This document shows positions 10,250 through 20,809 of a stretch of DNA of 64,000 bases, piece by piece. Position numbers and translations under genes: made by a program. The notes under the pieces are model-generated. The model saw only the letters and a list, made by a program, of their open reading frames with translations. It did not search any database and was not told the origin of the DNA. Origin of the DNA: Candidatus Latescibacterota bacterium (GTDB lineage Bacteria > Latescibacterota > UBA2968 > GCA-2709665); contig OZ250150.1 in the NCBI GenBank assembly GCA_965237675.1, positions 4,544,001 to 4,608,000 on the forward strand. The letters are read 5' to 3'. The number at the start of each line of letters is the position of its first letter. Positions within the stretch are counted from its first letter, which is position 1.

Positions 10250-10846
10250 TCACTCGGCGAAAGGACGCTCCGGTTCTCTATCGTATTTATCGCGCGACGC
10301 CGACACACACTGAAACACCTGAAAACCACCTGTTTCAATCCACATATATATCCTGTGGCAGATTTCGCAAACCCTCAGGACGTGACCCCCCGGACGCTTC
10401 TCTTCGCGGTACATGATATCGTCGTAGCCGCCCAGAAGACGTGCGATATCATCCCGGGAACGGCCGTCAAGAAGCAACCCGATAATTTCACGTGGAAGAT
10501 CGGCCGCGGCCTGACGCAGACGGTTGGTATCCACCTCCCAGGGTGATTTCAGCCCGGATCCACACGCGCACCATCGGTCGCGCATATCCCAATCCTTGTG
10601 GAACCACCACTGGTCGAAGATACGCCTGCAAGTCACGCAGAATTCATACGAATCCGCAGGATCCATACCCTCCTGCCGGACCAGGGCTTCAATCCGATTG
10701 CGCTCCTGTTCTGGCAATGCGTCGAGCTTTACCGTGGGTGTCCGGCACCACCGGCATCGGCGTGAGCCCTTCCGAAGAAAAAGCATCAGCGCGATGAACC
10801 CGACGATCAGAATGACCGGGAAAATCAAATACTCATTATCCATCAT
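10250..10846 (-). CDS. Hypothetical membrane-anchored protein with Cys-pair (Zn-ribbon-like) motifs
   Basis: N-terminal hydrophobic helix; CRWC, CVTC, CAC, CEIC motifs. Confidence 0.65.
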   Translation of the reverse strand: MMDNEYLIFPVILIVGFIALMLFLRKGSRRCRWCRTPTVKLDALPEQERNRIEALVRQEGMDPADSYEFCVTCRRIFDQWWFHKDWDMRDRWCACGSGLKSPWEVDTNRLRQAAADLPREIIGLLLDGRSRDDIARLLGGYDDIMYREEKRPGGHVLRVCEICHRIYMWIETGGFQVFQCVSASRDKYDREPERPFAE

Positions 10847-11859
10847 TGCGATAGTCGAAACACAAATCCTGCGATCCTGCGGTTTCCCGCGTCTGACTGT
10901 CTCTCTTGCGCCTGGAAAAGACTGAATCGTGGTCGCGTCGATCGAAATCTACCGTCCAGTATAGTGTTTCCTCAGACGAAATACAAGCTTTGCCAGAACT
11001 TCTGAATCGGAACAATTCACGCCAATGAATAGAGACTTCGTCAGCGAAGTTGAAAATGCTGTAAGATTTCAATCAGTCCATGTGTTTGCGCGGGTGCCCG
11101 TCTCAATAATGAATGATCGAATGGATATTGGTTAACTCGATCGGAACAACACGGCCTTGAATTGGGAGTTTCCGGGGCGTTTAGATACGACCATAGAACT
11201 GCGTGACTCGACGATGGTTCAAGTCACTATGTGGTGGCTTAGACTACAGCTATCAAATCCGACAACGGTCTCCACCAAGCAGCAAACGCGCGGGCCTCAA
11301 TATTGGAAAAATCCCAGAATTACGATTATAGATGAGGCTCGATTTCCGATCCAGACACCCGTTCGGCGGCCAAATTGGACACCTACGACGAATCACGGCT
11401 TCAATGAAGCGGAACCCACTTTTCTCGGTGTTGTACTACAGCAAAGAGACTCTCCGACCTTTACAAGAAAACGCTTGTCAATAACTTACAAGGATTGTAA
11501 GCTATATGACGATAGTGGGAGTTTCGAGCGGTTGCAGTTGTATGGGTGACAATTCGTCTGTGATGGATGGCAGTCGAAGCAGGGCCGTCCCTACAACATT
11601 AGTAAGAGAATCCCCCGTCGAAAAATAAAGAGTATGGAATGGGCGAAAGAACTTCGACCTATGTTCGATGCAACAGTAGCGATGCCAAAGGCCATTTCGG
11701 CAGGATGCCGTTCCCACCGAATTCAAGAGGGCATGGCAGCATCGCGATTACAGGAACATCATCACTTTAACTATTAAGATTTCCAGAAAAATTCTTTCAC
11801 AAGGACCCCAAGCTTTTTATGTGGTACTGCCTGGCGATCACGCGAATAGGAAATTGGAC

Positions 11860-14628
11860 ATGAACGAGTGGAACTGGAACGGGGCACGTTGGTGGAAGTG
11901 TGATTTTCACACGCATACCCCGGCCTCCAACGATTATGGGAAAGGCCCTAATCAGAAGGCTCTACAGGAACGATCCCCCCGGGAGTGGCTACTCGACTAC
12001 ATGCGTGCAGGAGTTGATTGCGTTGCAATCACAGACCATAACACTGGCAAATGGGTTGATCGTGTCAAGGCTGCGCTCGTTGAACTCAAATCAGAAAATC
12101 CGGAGGGTCTTAGACCGCTCCACATATTCCCGGGCGTGGAAATTTCAGTCAGCGGTGGCGTGCATCTGTTGGCGATTCTGGCATGCGAAGGGTCAACTTC
12201 GGACATCGACTCGCTCCTCGGTGCGGTTGGATTTCCTTCTGAACAAAAGGGTTCCGGCAAAGCCGTCACAAGACGGTCGTTCGTAGAGGTCGTCGAAGCC
12301 ATTGTTGAGACAGGTGGCATTGCGATTCCGGCCCATGTGGATGGATTCCACGGACTCTTCGAGTTGCAAGGGAACACGTTAGAGCAGGCACTAGACTGTA
12401 ATGGAATTTTCGCAATGGAGCTTATAGACCCGGCGTATCAGAAACCACAGCTTTATGCCGACAAAAAGCTGGGTTGGACGGAAATCCTGGGCGCGGACGC
12501 ACATCACCCCTCCGGGAACGCGAAGCAGCAATTTCCAGGCAGCCACTTTACATGGGTTAAGATGGGAATACCCACGATCGAGGGATTGAGATTAGCTCTG
12601 TTAGACGGTGCACTTTCAGTGCGGCGATCCGACCAGGGTACGGATGACCCAAACGAACACGCACCGTTGGTGTTGGATTCAATTAAGGTTTCGCAAGCGC
12701 GCTACATGGGTCGCTCCCAAGTCTTCACTATTGGACTAAACCCATGGTTCAACGGTATCATCGGAGGTCGGGGCACAGGTAAATCGACCGTTGTGGAGTT
12801 CCTTCGCATTGCGCTTCGACGGCGGGCTAAATTGCCGGAGGATTTGAAACCGGAGTTTGAACAATATAGCCAAATTTTCTCGGACGAGAAAAGCGGCGGG
12901 CTGTTGACGAACGATACTTCTATCAAGGTAATTTACCGGAAAGACGGAGATCGGTTTCGTATCCAGTGGAATTCGTCCGGCGATCTTGAACCTATCGAAC
13001 GAGAAGCCAATAGACAATGGCAACGCGCCGAAGGCGATATTCAGCAACGATTTCCCGTGCGAATCTACAGTCAGAAGCAAATTTTCCAACTCGCCAAGAC
13101 CCCGCTTGCGTTGCTAAGAATTATCGATGAGGCTCAAGTAGTTGGTTTTCATACTTTCAATGAAAAATGGAAGATCCAAGAAAGCCGGTTTCTTTCCCTG
13201 CGCGCCCGAAACAGAGAAATCACGGCAGGCCTTGCAGAGGAACCGCGTCTTCGGGGAGAGCTTGACGACGTCAAACGAAAGCTGGATATCTTTGAACAGT
13301 CGGGACACGCCGAGATCCTTAAATCCTTTCAAGAACGGACCCGCCAATATCGGGAGGTCGAGACTTGGGAAGAAAGCTGGACTGGAACAGGAGAGCAGTT
13401 GCGTGAAGTTGCGGTTGAAATAGTTCCGGACCTTTTGGACGATTCCTCCTTCAATTCTGATTCAGCTTCAGATGTGGATCTGCAGGAGCGCGTTGCCAAG
13501 ACGCACAGGCGGTTGGATGAAATCCGAAAATCGGTCGAAACTATCGCATCTCAAGCGGATGAAGTTGTCTCCCAGTGGCGAAAAAACAAGGATGGGTCAT
13601 CCTGGAAACAAAGCGTTGATGCTGCCACGCATGCCTACCAGGAATTAACAGAGAATCTGTCCCGAGAAGGGGCCGGCGACCCTGCGGCCTACGGCGAACT
13701 CGTACAGCGTCGCCAAATCATTGAGCAACGGCTAGACGAACTGGACGAACGCAAAAAACAGGTTGATGATCTGAATGATCAGGCAGACGAACATTTGCAT
13801 GATCTGTTGGAACTTCGCCGGGATTTGACAGCGTCACGTCGAAGTTTTCTCGAAGCCGTCCTTAGCGATAACCCATATGTGCAGATAGAGGTCGCCCCCT
13901 ATGGTGCTCGTGAGACAGTCGAAGGCGAGTTTCGCCGTTTAATCCAAAGAGAAGACGGTAGGTTCGAGAAAGACATTGGATCGCCGGATGGCGGGGGATT
14001 GCTTGGCGAACTTTATGGGCAGGATGACGGGGCCGAGGTGATTGAGAAGAATCTCCTGAACATCAAGAACCGTGTAACGGAAATCGCGTCGGGTAAACAC
14101 GACAAAGGGACAGTGGCAGATCGCCGTTTCGCAACCCACGTCGGCAATCTCAAACCTGAGGTTCTTGATCGCCTTGACTTGTGGTTTCCAGAAGATTCGT
14201 TAGAGGTCCGGTACAGCGCGAGGGGCGATGGTCAGCGTTTTCGCTCCATACAGGAAGGTTCCCCGGGGCAGAAGACCGCAGCCCTCCTGGCGTTTCTGCT
14301 TTCCTATGGGGACGAACCCCTGATCTTGGACCAGCCGGAAGACGATTTGGACAATCATCTGATCTACGATTTGATCGTGACCCAATTGCGGGCGATCAAA
14401 CGCCTTCGGCAGGTCATCGTCGTCACGCACAATGCAAACATAGTTGTCAACGGTGATGCAGAATTGGTCGTAGCGCTCACCGCGCGTCACGGGGAAACGC
14501 AGAAAGAGTGCGAAGGCAGCCTGCAGGAGCAACAGGTAAGGGAGACCATTTGTGCGGTGATGGAAGGTGGGCGCAGGGCCTTTGAAGATCGCTACCGTCG
14601 CATCGCACTGGACGGACGGCATGTTTAA
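11860..14628 (+). CDS. PHP-domain + ABC/SMC-type ATPase (Ppl-like defence protein)
   Basis: CDFHTHTPAS, ITDHN, IPAHVD, GADAH (PHP); GGRGTGKS Walker A, coiled coil, SPGQ signature, LILDQPEDDLD, VTHNAN. Confidence 0.85.
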   Translation: MNEWNWNGARWWKCDFHTHTPASNDYGKGPNQKALQERSPREWLLDYMRAGVDCVAITDHNTGKWVDRVKAALVELKSENPEGLRPLHIFPGVEISVSGGVHLLAILACEGSTSDIDSLLGAVGFPSEQKGSGKAVTRRSFVEVVEAIVETGGIAIPAHVDGFHGLFELQGNTLEQALDCNGIFAMELIDPAYQKPQLYADKKLGWTEILGADAHHPSGNAKQQFPGSHFTWVKMGIPTIEGLRLALLDGALSVRRSDQGTDDPNEHAPLVLDSIKVSQARYMGRSQVFTIGLNPWFNGIIGGRGTGKSTVVEFLRIALRRRAKLPEDLKPEFEQYSQIFSDEKSGGLLTNDTSIKVIYRKDGDRFRIQWNSSGDLEPIEREANRQWQRAEGDIQQRFPVRIYSQKQIFQLAKTPLALLRIIDEAQVVGFHTFNEKWKIQESRFLSLRARNREITAGLAEEPRLRGELDDVKRKLDIFEQSGHAEILKSFQERTRQYREVETWEESWTGTGEQLREVAVEIVPDLLDDSSFNSDSASDVDLQERVAKTHRRLDEIRKSVETIASQADEVVSQWRKNKDGSSWKQSVDAATHAYQELTENLSREGAGDPAAYGELVQRRQIIEQRLDELDERKKQVDDLNDQADEHLHDLLELRRDLTASRRSFLEAVLSDNPYVQIEVAPYGARETVEGEFRRLIQREDGRFEKDIGSPDGGGLLGELYGQDDGAEVIEKNLLNIKNRVTEIASGKHDKGTVADRRFATHVGNLKPEVLDRLDLWFPEDSLEVRYSARGDGQRFRSIQEGSPGQKTAALLAFLLSYGDEPLILDQPEDDLDNHLIYDLIVTQLRAIKRLRQVIVVTHNANIVVNGDAELVVALTARHGETQKECEGSLQEQQVRETICAVMEGGRRAFEDRYRRIALDGRHV

Positions 14629-15877
14629 TAGTCCGGAAGAGTTATTGCATAAGATACGGCTTGGAGAAGATACATCGCTGGAACTCAAGGCCGTCCGATT
14701 CAGGGGCGGGTGGGTTTCCGGTCCCAGGCGCGATGAGTTGGCCGACGAGTTGGCGGCTATCGCCAATACTCACGACGGAGTGATTGTCCTGGGTGTGGAC
14801 GACAAGACACGCGACATCATAGGCATTCCGATAGACCACCTTGACGCTGTCGAACGCTTTGTCTATGAGATTTGCAATGAGAGCATCACGCCGCCAGTCC
14901 ATTTTCGCGCTTTCCGTATGCAGCTCCCGGATGCCACGGGGCATCTCCGGTCCGTGCTCAACGTAGAAATCCCACGCAGCCTCTTTGTCCACAGGAGCCC
15001 TGGCGGATATTTCTTTCGTCAGGGAAGTTCAAAACGAGAAATGTCGCCCGATTATCTGACACGGCGGTCCCTACAACTAAGCCAGGCCCGGCTGATTCGA
15101 TTCGAGGAACAACCGGTACCGCAATCGGGTATCGAAGATTTGTCGGAAACACTTCGGACGAACTATACAAAACGATCCGATGAATCCGATGAGACAGTGC
15201 TCCGTAAACGCGGTCTCTTGTCGAAAGAAGAAAGCGGTGAAGTGCGGGCTTCGGTCGCCGGTATTCTGTTCTGTTGCGGCGGGCCAGAGCGCTTCTTGCC
15301 CAATGCCTATATTGAAGCCGTGCGCTATCGCGGGAAGAAACAGGATTCCAATTATCAGATAGACGCAAAAAAGATCCACGGACCTCTGAATCTACAGATT
15401 GATCAGGCAATGACCTTTCTGAGAAAAAACCAGACGGTCTCAGCCGTGAAAATTCCGCATCGGGTAGAAACACAACAATTCAGCGAAAGAGCGGTTTTTG
15501 AAGCGATTGTCAATGCCGTGGCTCACCGCGATTATTCCATTTTCGCCTCAAAAATACGGTTTTTTATGTTCGAAGATCGGTTGGAAATCTACTCACCAGG
15601 CACTTTGCCAAACACCGTGACGATTGAAAGCATCTCCTTGCGTCAGGCTACCCGAAACGAATTGATTACGAATTTGCTTGCGGAAACGCCAGTGGCGGAA
15701 GCGGTCGGCGACGTGGGGCGTAGCTACTACATGGAAAAGCGGGGTGAGGGTGTTCCAATCATTCTTGACGAGAGTGAGAAACTTTCCGGCCAGAAGCCTG
15801 TTTATCGACTTATCGATGACTCCGAATTGATGCTGACCATTTTTTCGAGGAGTATGAAACGTGTGGATGAGCACTGA
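14621..15877 (+). CDS. Schlafen/AlbA_2 domain + HATPase_c_4 (RecG-C-like) protein
   Basis: GEDTSLELK, AAIANTHDGVIVLGVDD; EAIVNAVAHRDYS, DRLEIYSPG, RNELI, EKRGEGV. ATG overlaps the upstream stop by 8 nt. Confidence 0.85.
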   Translation: MFNSPEELLHKIRLGEDTSLELKAVRFRGGWVSGPRRDELADELAAIANTHDGVIVLGVDDKTRDIIGIPIDHLDAVERFVYEICNESITPPVHFRAFRMQLPDATGHLRSVLNVEIPRSLFVHRSPGGYFFRQGSSKREMSPDYLTRRSLQLSQARLIRFEEQPVPQSGIEDLSETLRTNYTKRSDESDETVLRKRGLLSKEESGEVRASVAGILFCCGGPERFLPNAYIEAVRYRGKKQDSNYQIDAKKIHGPLNLQIDQAMTFLRKNQTVSAVKIPHRVETQQFSERAVFEAIVNAVAHRDYSIFASKIRFFMFEDRLEIYSPGTLPNTVTIESISLRQATRNELITNLLAETPVAEAVGDVGRSYYMEKRGEGVPIILDESEKLSGQKPVYRLIDDSELMLTIFSRSMKRVDEH

Positions 15878-15910
15878 TGCTAGTGGTTGGTATTTCCGGC
15901 CTGATGGGGA

Positions 15911-16290
15911 ATGAGTAACTGCCGCGAACAGATTCTCAGCGAATTCACTCCCACGGTGGCCCGACTGCACTCCGGTCGCCGACCCCGACCGGTTGTTTTT
16001 TAAGAGGGAATTCCATCGGGCATACGTGAGCTGGGCTTTGAACTGATTCCGTTCGACGACCCTATCGGCTTTCAGTACGCCTACGAATCCAGGTTTCGTT
16101 CCCGTTGGGAACAGGATGAGCAGCCGGATTTGGTGGTCGCACTGGACTCTGAGGCGCGAGATCTAAACTGCTTGCCATACGACCTGCTCCAAGCTGGACG
16201 AAAGTTGTCATTCAGTCTTGACGAAATCTTTCCCATGCTAAGTTACCCAATTGTCGCAGCTCTGGATCCCAGCACTCTGCTTGAAGAGCC
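15911..16290 (+). pseudogene. pglZ: N-terminal fragment of BREX type 3-like PglZ, frameshifted and truncated
   Basis: MSNCREQILSEFTPTVARL..VADPD..GFELIPFDDPIGFQYAYESRFRSRW...LPYDLLQAGRKLSFSLDEIFPMLSYPIVAALD resembles the BREX-3 PglZ N-terminus, recognised from memory. Confidence 0.65.
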
Positions 16291-16329
16291 GCGACGGAGG
16301 GATGAATCTACGATCCGATTCCGTACATT

Positions 16330-16690
16330 GCGGTGTGACGTCGTTCGTCGATTTCTATGGTTTCCAACGGAAAGGCGATAGGACTGTCGAAGAGTTGGAG
16401 GAACAATTGGCACAACGCATTGGCAAGGAACTCGGTCAAGTATGGAATCCGGAAACCGTGATTCCGTATGTTCAACGACATGAGTTCGAGGGATTGTTGT
16501 TCTCGGACGTCACCGCATTTGCGATTGCGATCAATGCGCCGGGAGATTCAGTTGAGAAATTACGGAATATTCGTGAAGGATTACCGACCCCAGGGACATC
16601 ACTGCAGCAGTAAAACAGCGCCCGGCAAGCGCATTGAGCAATCGATAGCGACTTACAATAAAGTCACGCAATGATGGACGGTGAATGAGC
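16330..16690 (+). pseudogene. DUF4276 family internal fragment
   Basis: TSFVDFYG...IPYVQRHEFEGLLFSD, then a frameshift to TAPGKRI...YNKV. Confidence 0.65.
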
Positions 16691-16873
16691 GGGGCACAAC
16701 GGTGTAACGGGGCGTTCTTGGGGTCGTTTACCGTTGGCAGAAAATAGCCACAAAGTTGAAACAAGGAATTTGAAGAAGTTAAAGCAGCGTAGATCAAATG
16801 ACATCATCCTGCGAGTTACCAATAACGGGTTAGCGATGCGCGATTGCAATAAACGTGAGACGAAAGGCAGCAC

Positions 16874-17253
16874 GATGCTGGACCAACCGATCCTGGACGA
16901 CATCATCCAGCGCATTGTGGAGGTGGCCCAGCCGGAGAAGATCATCCTCTTCGGGTCCGCCGCCCGGGGCGACATGAACCGCCACAGCGACGTAGACTTG
17001 CTTATCATCAAAGAGGGCGCGGACGCGCTTGAACTTATGGGCGACATTTATATGAATCTCGATGGCGTCGGCGCAGCCGTCGACGCTGTTGTCGTCACGC
17101 CCGACGACGTAGAGCGGTATAAGGACAGCCACGCGGTGATCATCAAGCCCGCATTGCAAGAAAGGCAGGGTCGTATATGAGTCCTCCTGAGCGCTTCCCG
17201 CCCGATGATCCGCGCGAATGGCTGAACCGCGCCAGAAGTAATCTGGCGATGGC
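16874..17253 (+). repeat. 380-bp direct repeat, copy 1 (MNT + 5' stub of HEPN)
   Basis: Matches 29982..30360 except for 3 substitutions and a 1-nt indel seen by eye; the HEPN frame here stops after about 26 codons. Confidence 0.95.
16875..17180 (+). CDS. Minimal nucleotidyltransferase (MNT) antitoxin, copy 1, with a frameshift near the 3' end
   Basis: ILFGSAARGD...SDVDLL; one extra A at ~17161 relative to copy 2. Confidence 0.8.
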   Translation: MLDQPILDDIIQRIVEVAQPEKIILFGSAARGDMNRHSDVDLLIIKEGADALELMGDIYMNLDGVGAAVDAVVVTPDDVERYKDSHAVIIKPALQERQGRI

Positions 17254-19557
17254 ATAGCACCTTGTTTTTAACGCCAGTCAGGAAGAGTTTTGCTTCATTT
17301 CCAAGTAGGGAGTTGATAGGTACGAGTACAGGGACGTGAGTATCCAGATGCTCCAGCGTATACCCGTCTTCGTGGGTCTCCTTGAAACTGGAAACGCGAA
17401 TTCTCGTTTGGGCTTGCACTATCAAGAGGATTGAGGCCAAAGCCGCAACACTTGTGAAATATCCATGGCAGTTTTGTGTTGGATTCTCAGGAAGCGCCAA
17501 TATTGAACGCCCACGATCTTTTTAATGCGGGCACTGCCGCCGGAATCGTCCCGGAAGGCGATGCCGCGCACCAAGCAGTCGATTCTCTTCGAGGTTATGC
17601 GTATCAGGTCTTGGCGACGACGCTTGCGTGGCTCGATATCGACGAAGACAGTCGACTATTTCTGGAAGTCGCTGAAGACTACGCGACCATAGCGAATCAG
17701 GTGCTTGATGCTGTTCAGGTCAAAGACACGGAAGGATCCGGATCGGTCACCTTGAATAGCGAAGACATCCGCAAAGCGGTTGCCGCGTTTGTCGATCTTG
17801 TCGAGCGAAATCCCGATATTCAGGTTGAGCTGCGTTTCTTTACGACATCGGAGATCGGAACAGAGCAAGCAATTGCTGACCGCCCGGCTGGAATGGCAGG
17901 GCTGGAGTATTGGCGAAAAGTTACCGCTGGGGAGGACCCCGAGCCTCTCCGCGCAATATTAGAGAGCGACAAATTCCCGGAATCCGTAAGAAACTTCTGC
18001 AAGGCTCGTAATAACACCGAGCTCCACTGTGATCTCATTCAGAGAATACGATGGGATTGCGGTAAACGGGACTTTTCGACTCTTCGCCAAGAACTGGAAG
18101 AGCGTCTGGTCGTCGTAGGCCGTGATCGATTCGATCTTCCGTCCCCAGAAGCGCGACGGCTTGCCGATCATCTGGTCTATCAAGTACTCAAAAAATGCAT
18201 CGTCAATAAATCCCAAGATCGCGTTCTTACACTCGCAGACCTTTACTCTGAGATTGATGCAGCCACCCAGATTTCAGTACCGCGCAGGTATTTGGAATCT
18301 CTTGTGCAATCTGCCACGCGCCTGGCGGGATCGCTTAGCGGATACTCGGACGTCGGCAATCCACTTTCCGTTTCAGATACAGGCTGGCTTATTGATGGAA
18401 CCACGCTTCCTGTCGCGCGTGGGATGGTCCCGCGCGTTGCGGTCGAGTCCGCCGTGGCCGATGCTCTCAGAAATTTCGGCGTGGGTGTTTTAACGGGTAG
18501 CAGCGGGCTTGGGAAGTCGATCGTGTCAAGGGCGGCCGCAGTCACGCATTTCGGTGCCTTCCATTTGGTCGAGTTTAGGAATATAGAAACGAACGAGACA
18601 CGGCATCTGCTCGACATAGTTTTCACCCGGATTGAGGGCCTACCGTCGTCGGCTTTGATCCTGGACGACCTTAACCAGATCGACGACACACACGTTAGGT
18701 TGTCGTTGGCACGGGTCATTAAAGCTTCGAAGCGGAACGACCGCATTGTGCTCATAACATGCCACCTGCGCCCTGCCTTGGCTACATTGGCCAGTCTTGG
18801 CCTGAATCAAAGTTGCGTCGTCGAATGTCCATACTTCTCGGAGGAGGAAGTTCGTACACTAGTCCTTGCAAATGGAGGCAGTCCGGATAAATGGGGCCGC
18901 CTCGCCTTTATCGCCGGAGCTTCCGGCCATCCGCAACTGACTCACGCTTTCGTAACTGGAATGGCGGCGAGGGGATGGCCAGCTGGGGAGTTTAGAGACC
19001 TCGTTAATCGTGGTATGTCGTCCGATGATATCGATGCAGTTCGCGACGAAGCCCGCCGGATCCTGATTTCGCGGCTTCCCGAGGAAACACGGAATCTCCT
19101 GTATCGACTCAGTCTTACCATTGGGCGCTTCAGTCGGTCGATGGCATTGACCATAGGAGAGATTCCCTCGGCTTTTTGTAACACAGGTGAATGCATGGAC
19201 CAGTTAGTCGGCCCGTGGATCGAATGGGTTGGCGATGATTCATTCCGAGTCTCACCACTTGCGAGTAACACCGGGCGTGAAATGCTATGTCCCGCCGTCC
19301 AACAAACTATCCATGAATCCTTCGCAGTTCAGATGCTCAAAAAGGGTACAATCGATGCACGCGATGCCAACACCATCATGGCACATGCAATATTAGGTAA
19401 GTCGCCACAGAGCTTATTTGCGCTCGCACAGAGTGTGCTGTCAGCTGATCCTCGCAACGTCGAGATGCTATCGGAACAGTTCCTACTCTTGCGTTTCTCT
19501 CAAGCCGACGTGCCAATCTTGCCGGAGGATCCCTTTGTCTCTGGAATTGTTCGGCTA

Positions 19558-20809
19558 GTGGTCGATTTCAGAAATAGGTATAATGTTGTCTGGAACCGGG
19601 TGTGTGCTTATAATAAGGTTGTCTCCCCGACCGCGTTGGGAGGTAACCGATGCCTGGACCGAAGCCGAAGTATCAACCCGAGTTTGAGACGGAGGAGATC
19701 GCAGAGGCTCGTAGGATTGCACGACAACGAACGGCACCCAGCTCCCATGTTCACCGGGCCAAGATGGTCGTGATCTTGTCGGAGCATCCGGACATCTCGC
19801 ACGAGAGGCTGGCTCAAGCCGTTGGGGTGCACCCGAGAACGGTGATGAAATGGCGAAAGCGCTGGTCGGTTGAGGGTTTTTCACTGTTGGATCAGCCTCG
19901 TAGTGGAAGACCCCCGGTTTTTCCCCCCCGAAAGCGTCGCTGAAATTAAGGCCATCGCCTGCCAATTGCCAGCCGTGCGGGAGATCCCGCTTTCCCGCTT
20001 CAGCCTCGCAGAGATGCTTCGGGAAATCCGTTCGGAGTCCACCGTGTCGATCTCCAGGAGCACGCTGTGGCGTCTCCTCAAACAGGACGCCATTCGTCCC
20101 TGGTTTCACCGATCCTGGATCTCTGTCAAGGATCCGCGCTTTCTGGAAAAAGCGGGCCCCGTTTTGGATCTGTATCAAGGTGATTATGAGGGCGTGCCAC
20201 TGGGGCCCAAAGACTACGTCCTCAGTGCGGACGAGAAATCGCAGCTCCAGATCCTGGAGCGGGAGTTCCCGTGTTCACCGCCGGGACCGGGCAAACCCAT
20301 TCACTGTGAGTCGGACTACAAGCGCCACGGGACCGTGGCCTACCTGGCCGCACTCGATATCAGAAGCGGAAAAATCTTTGGTCGTGTGGATCAAACCACG
20401 GGGATCGAACCCTTTCAGGCTCTGGTCGACCTCGTGATGAAGCAGGAGCCGTATGCTTCGGCCGAACGCGTGTTCTGGATCCTCGACAATGGGGCTTCCC
20501 ATCACCCGTCGACCTCCCCTGCGCGACTCCGGAAGGCTTACCCGAACCTGATCGCCATCCATCTTCCCGTCCACGCAAGCTGGCTCAACCAAATCGAGAT
20601 CTACTTCTCTATCCTTCAAAGAAAGGCACTTACGCCCAACGACCTCGCAGACAGAAAGCAAATGGAAGACCGAATCCTCGGTTTTGAGCGCCGCTACAAC
20701 CAAACTTCCAGACCCTTCAACTGGCGATTCACCCGCAACGACCTCGAAGAAAGGCTCCGCGAACTCAAAATCGCCGCCTAACTTGATACTAACTTCTGAA
20801 ATCGACCAC
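19558..20809 (+). mobile_element. IS630-family insertion sequence
   Basis: TIRs GTGGTCGATTTCAGAA / TTCTGAAATCGACCAC flanked by duplicated TA inside a CTAG target; 1252 bp. Confidence 0.93.
19650..20781 (+). CDS. IS630 transposase, HTH orfA (19650..19943) + DDE orfB joined by probable -1 frameshift
   Basis: PRSGRP HTH end; slippery TTTTTCCCCCCC at ~19918; SADEK, ILDN, WLNQIEIYF catalytic motifs. Confidence 0.88.

Noticed and set aside
10850-11850. Short ORFs in the AT-richer gap at the island edge
   Set aside because: Stops in all frames examined and no recognisable family; probably decayed coding DNA.
19558-19773. C-terminal tail of the 765-aa ORF
   Set aside because: It is read-through into IS630 sequence, not part of the native protein.
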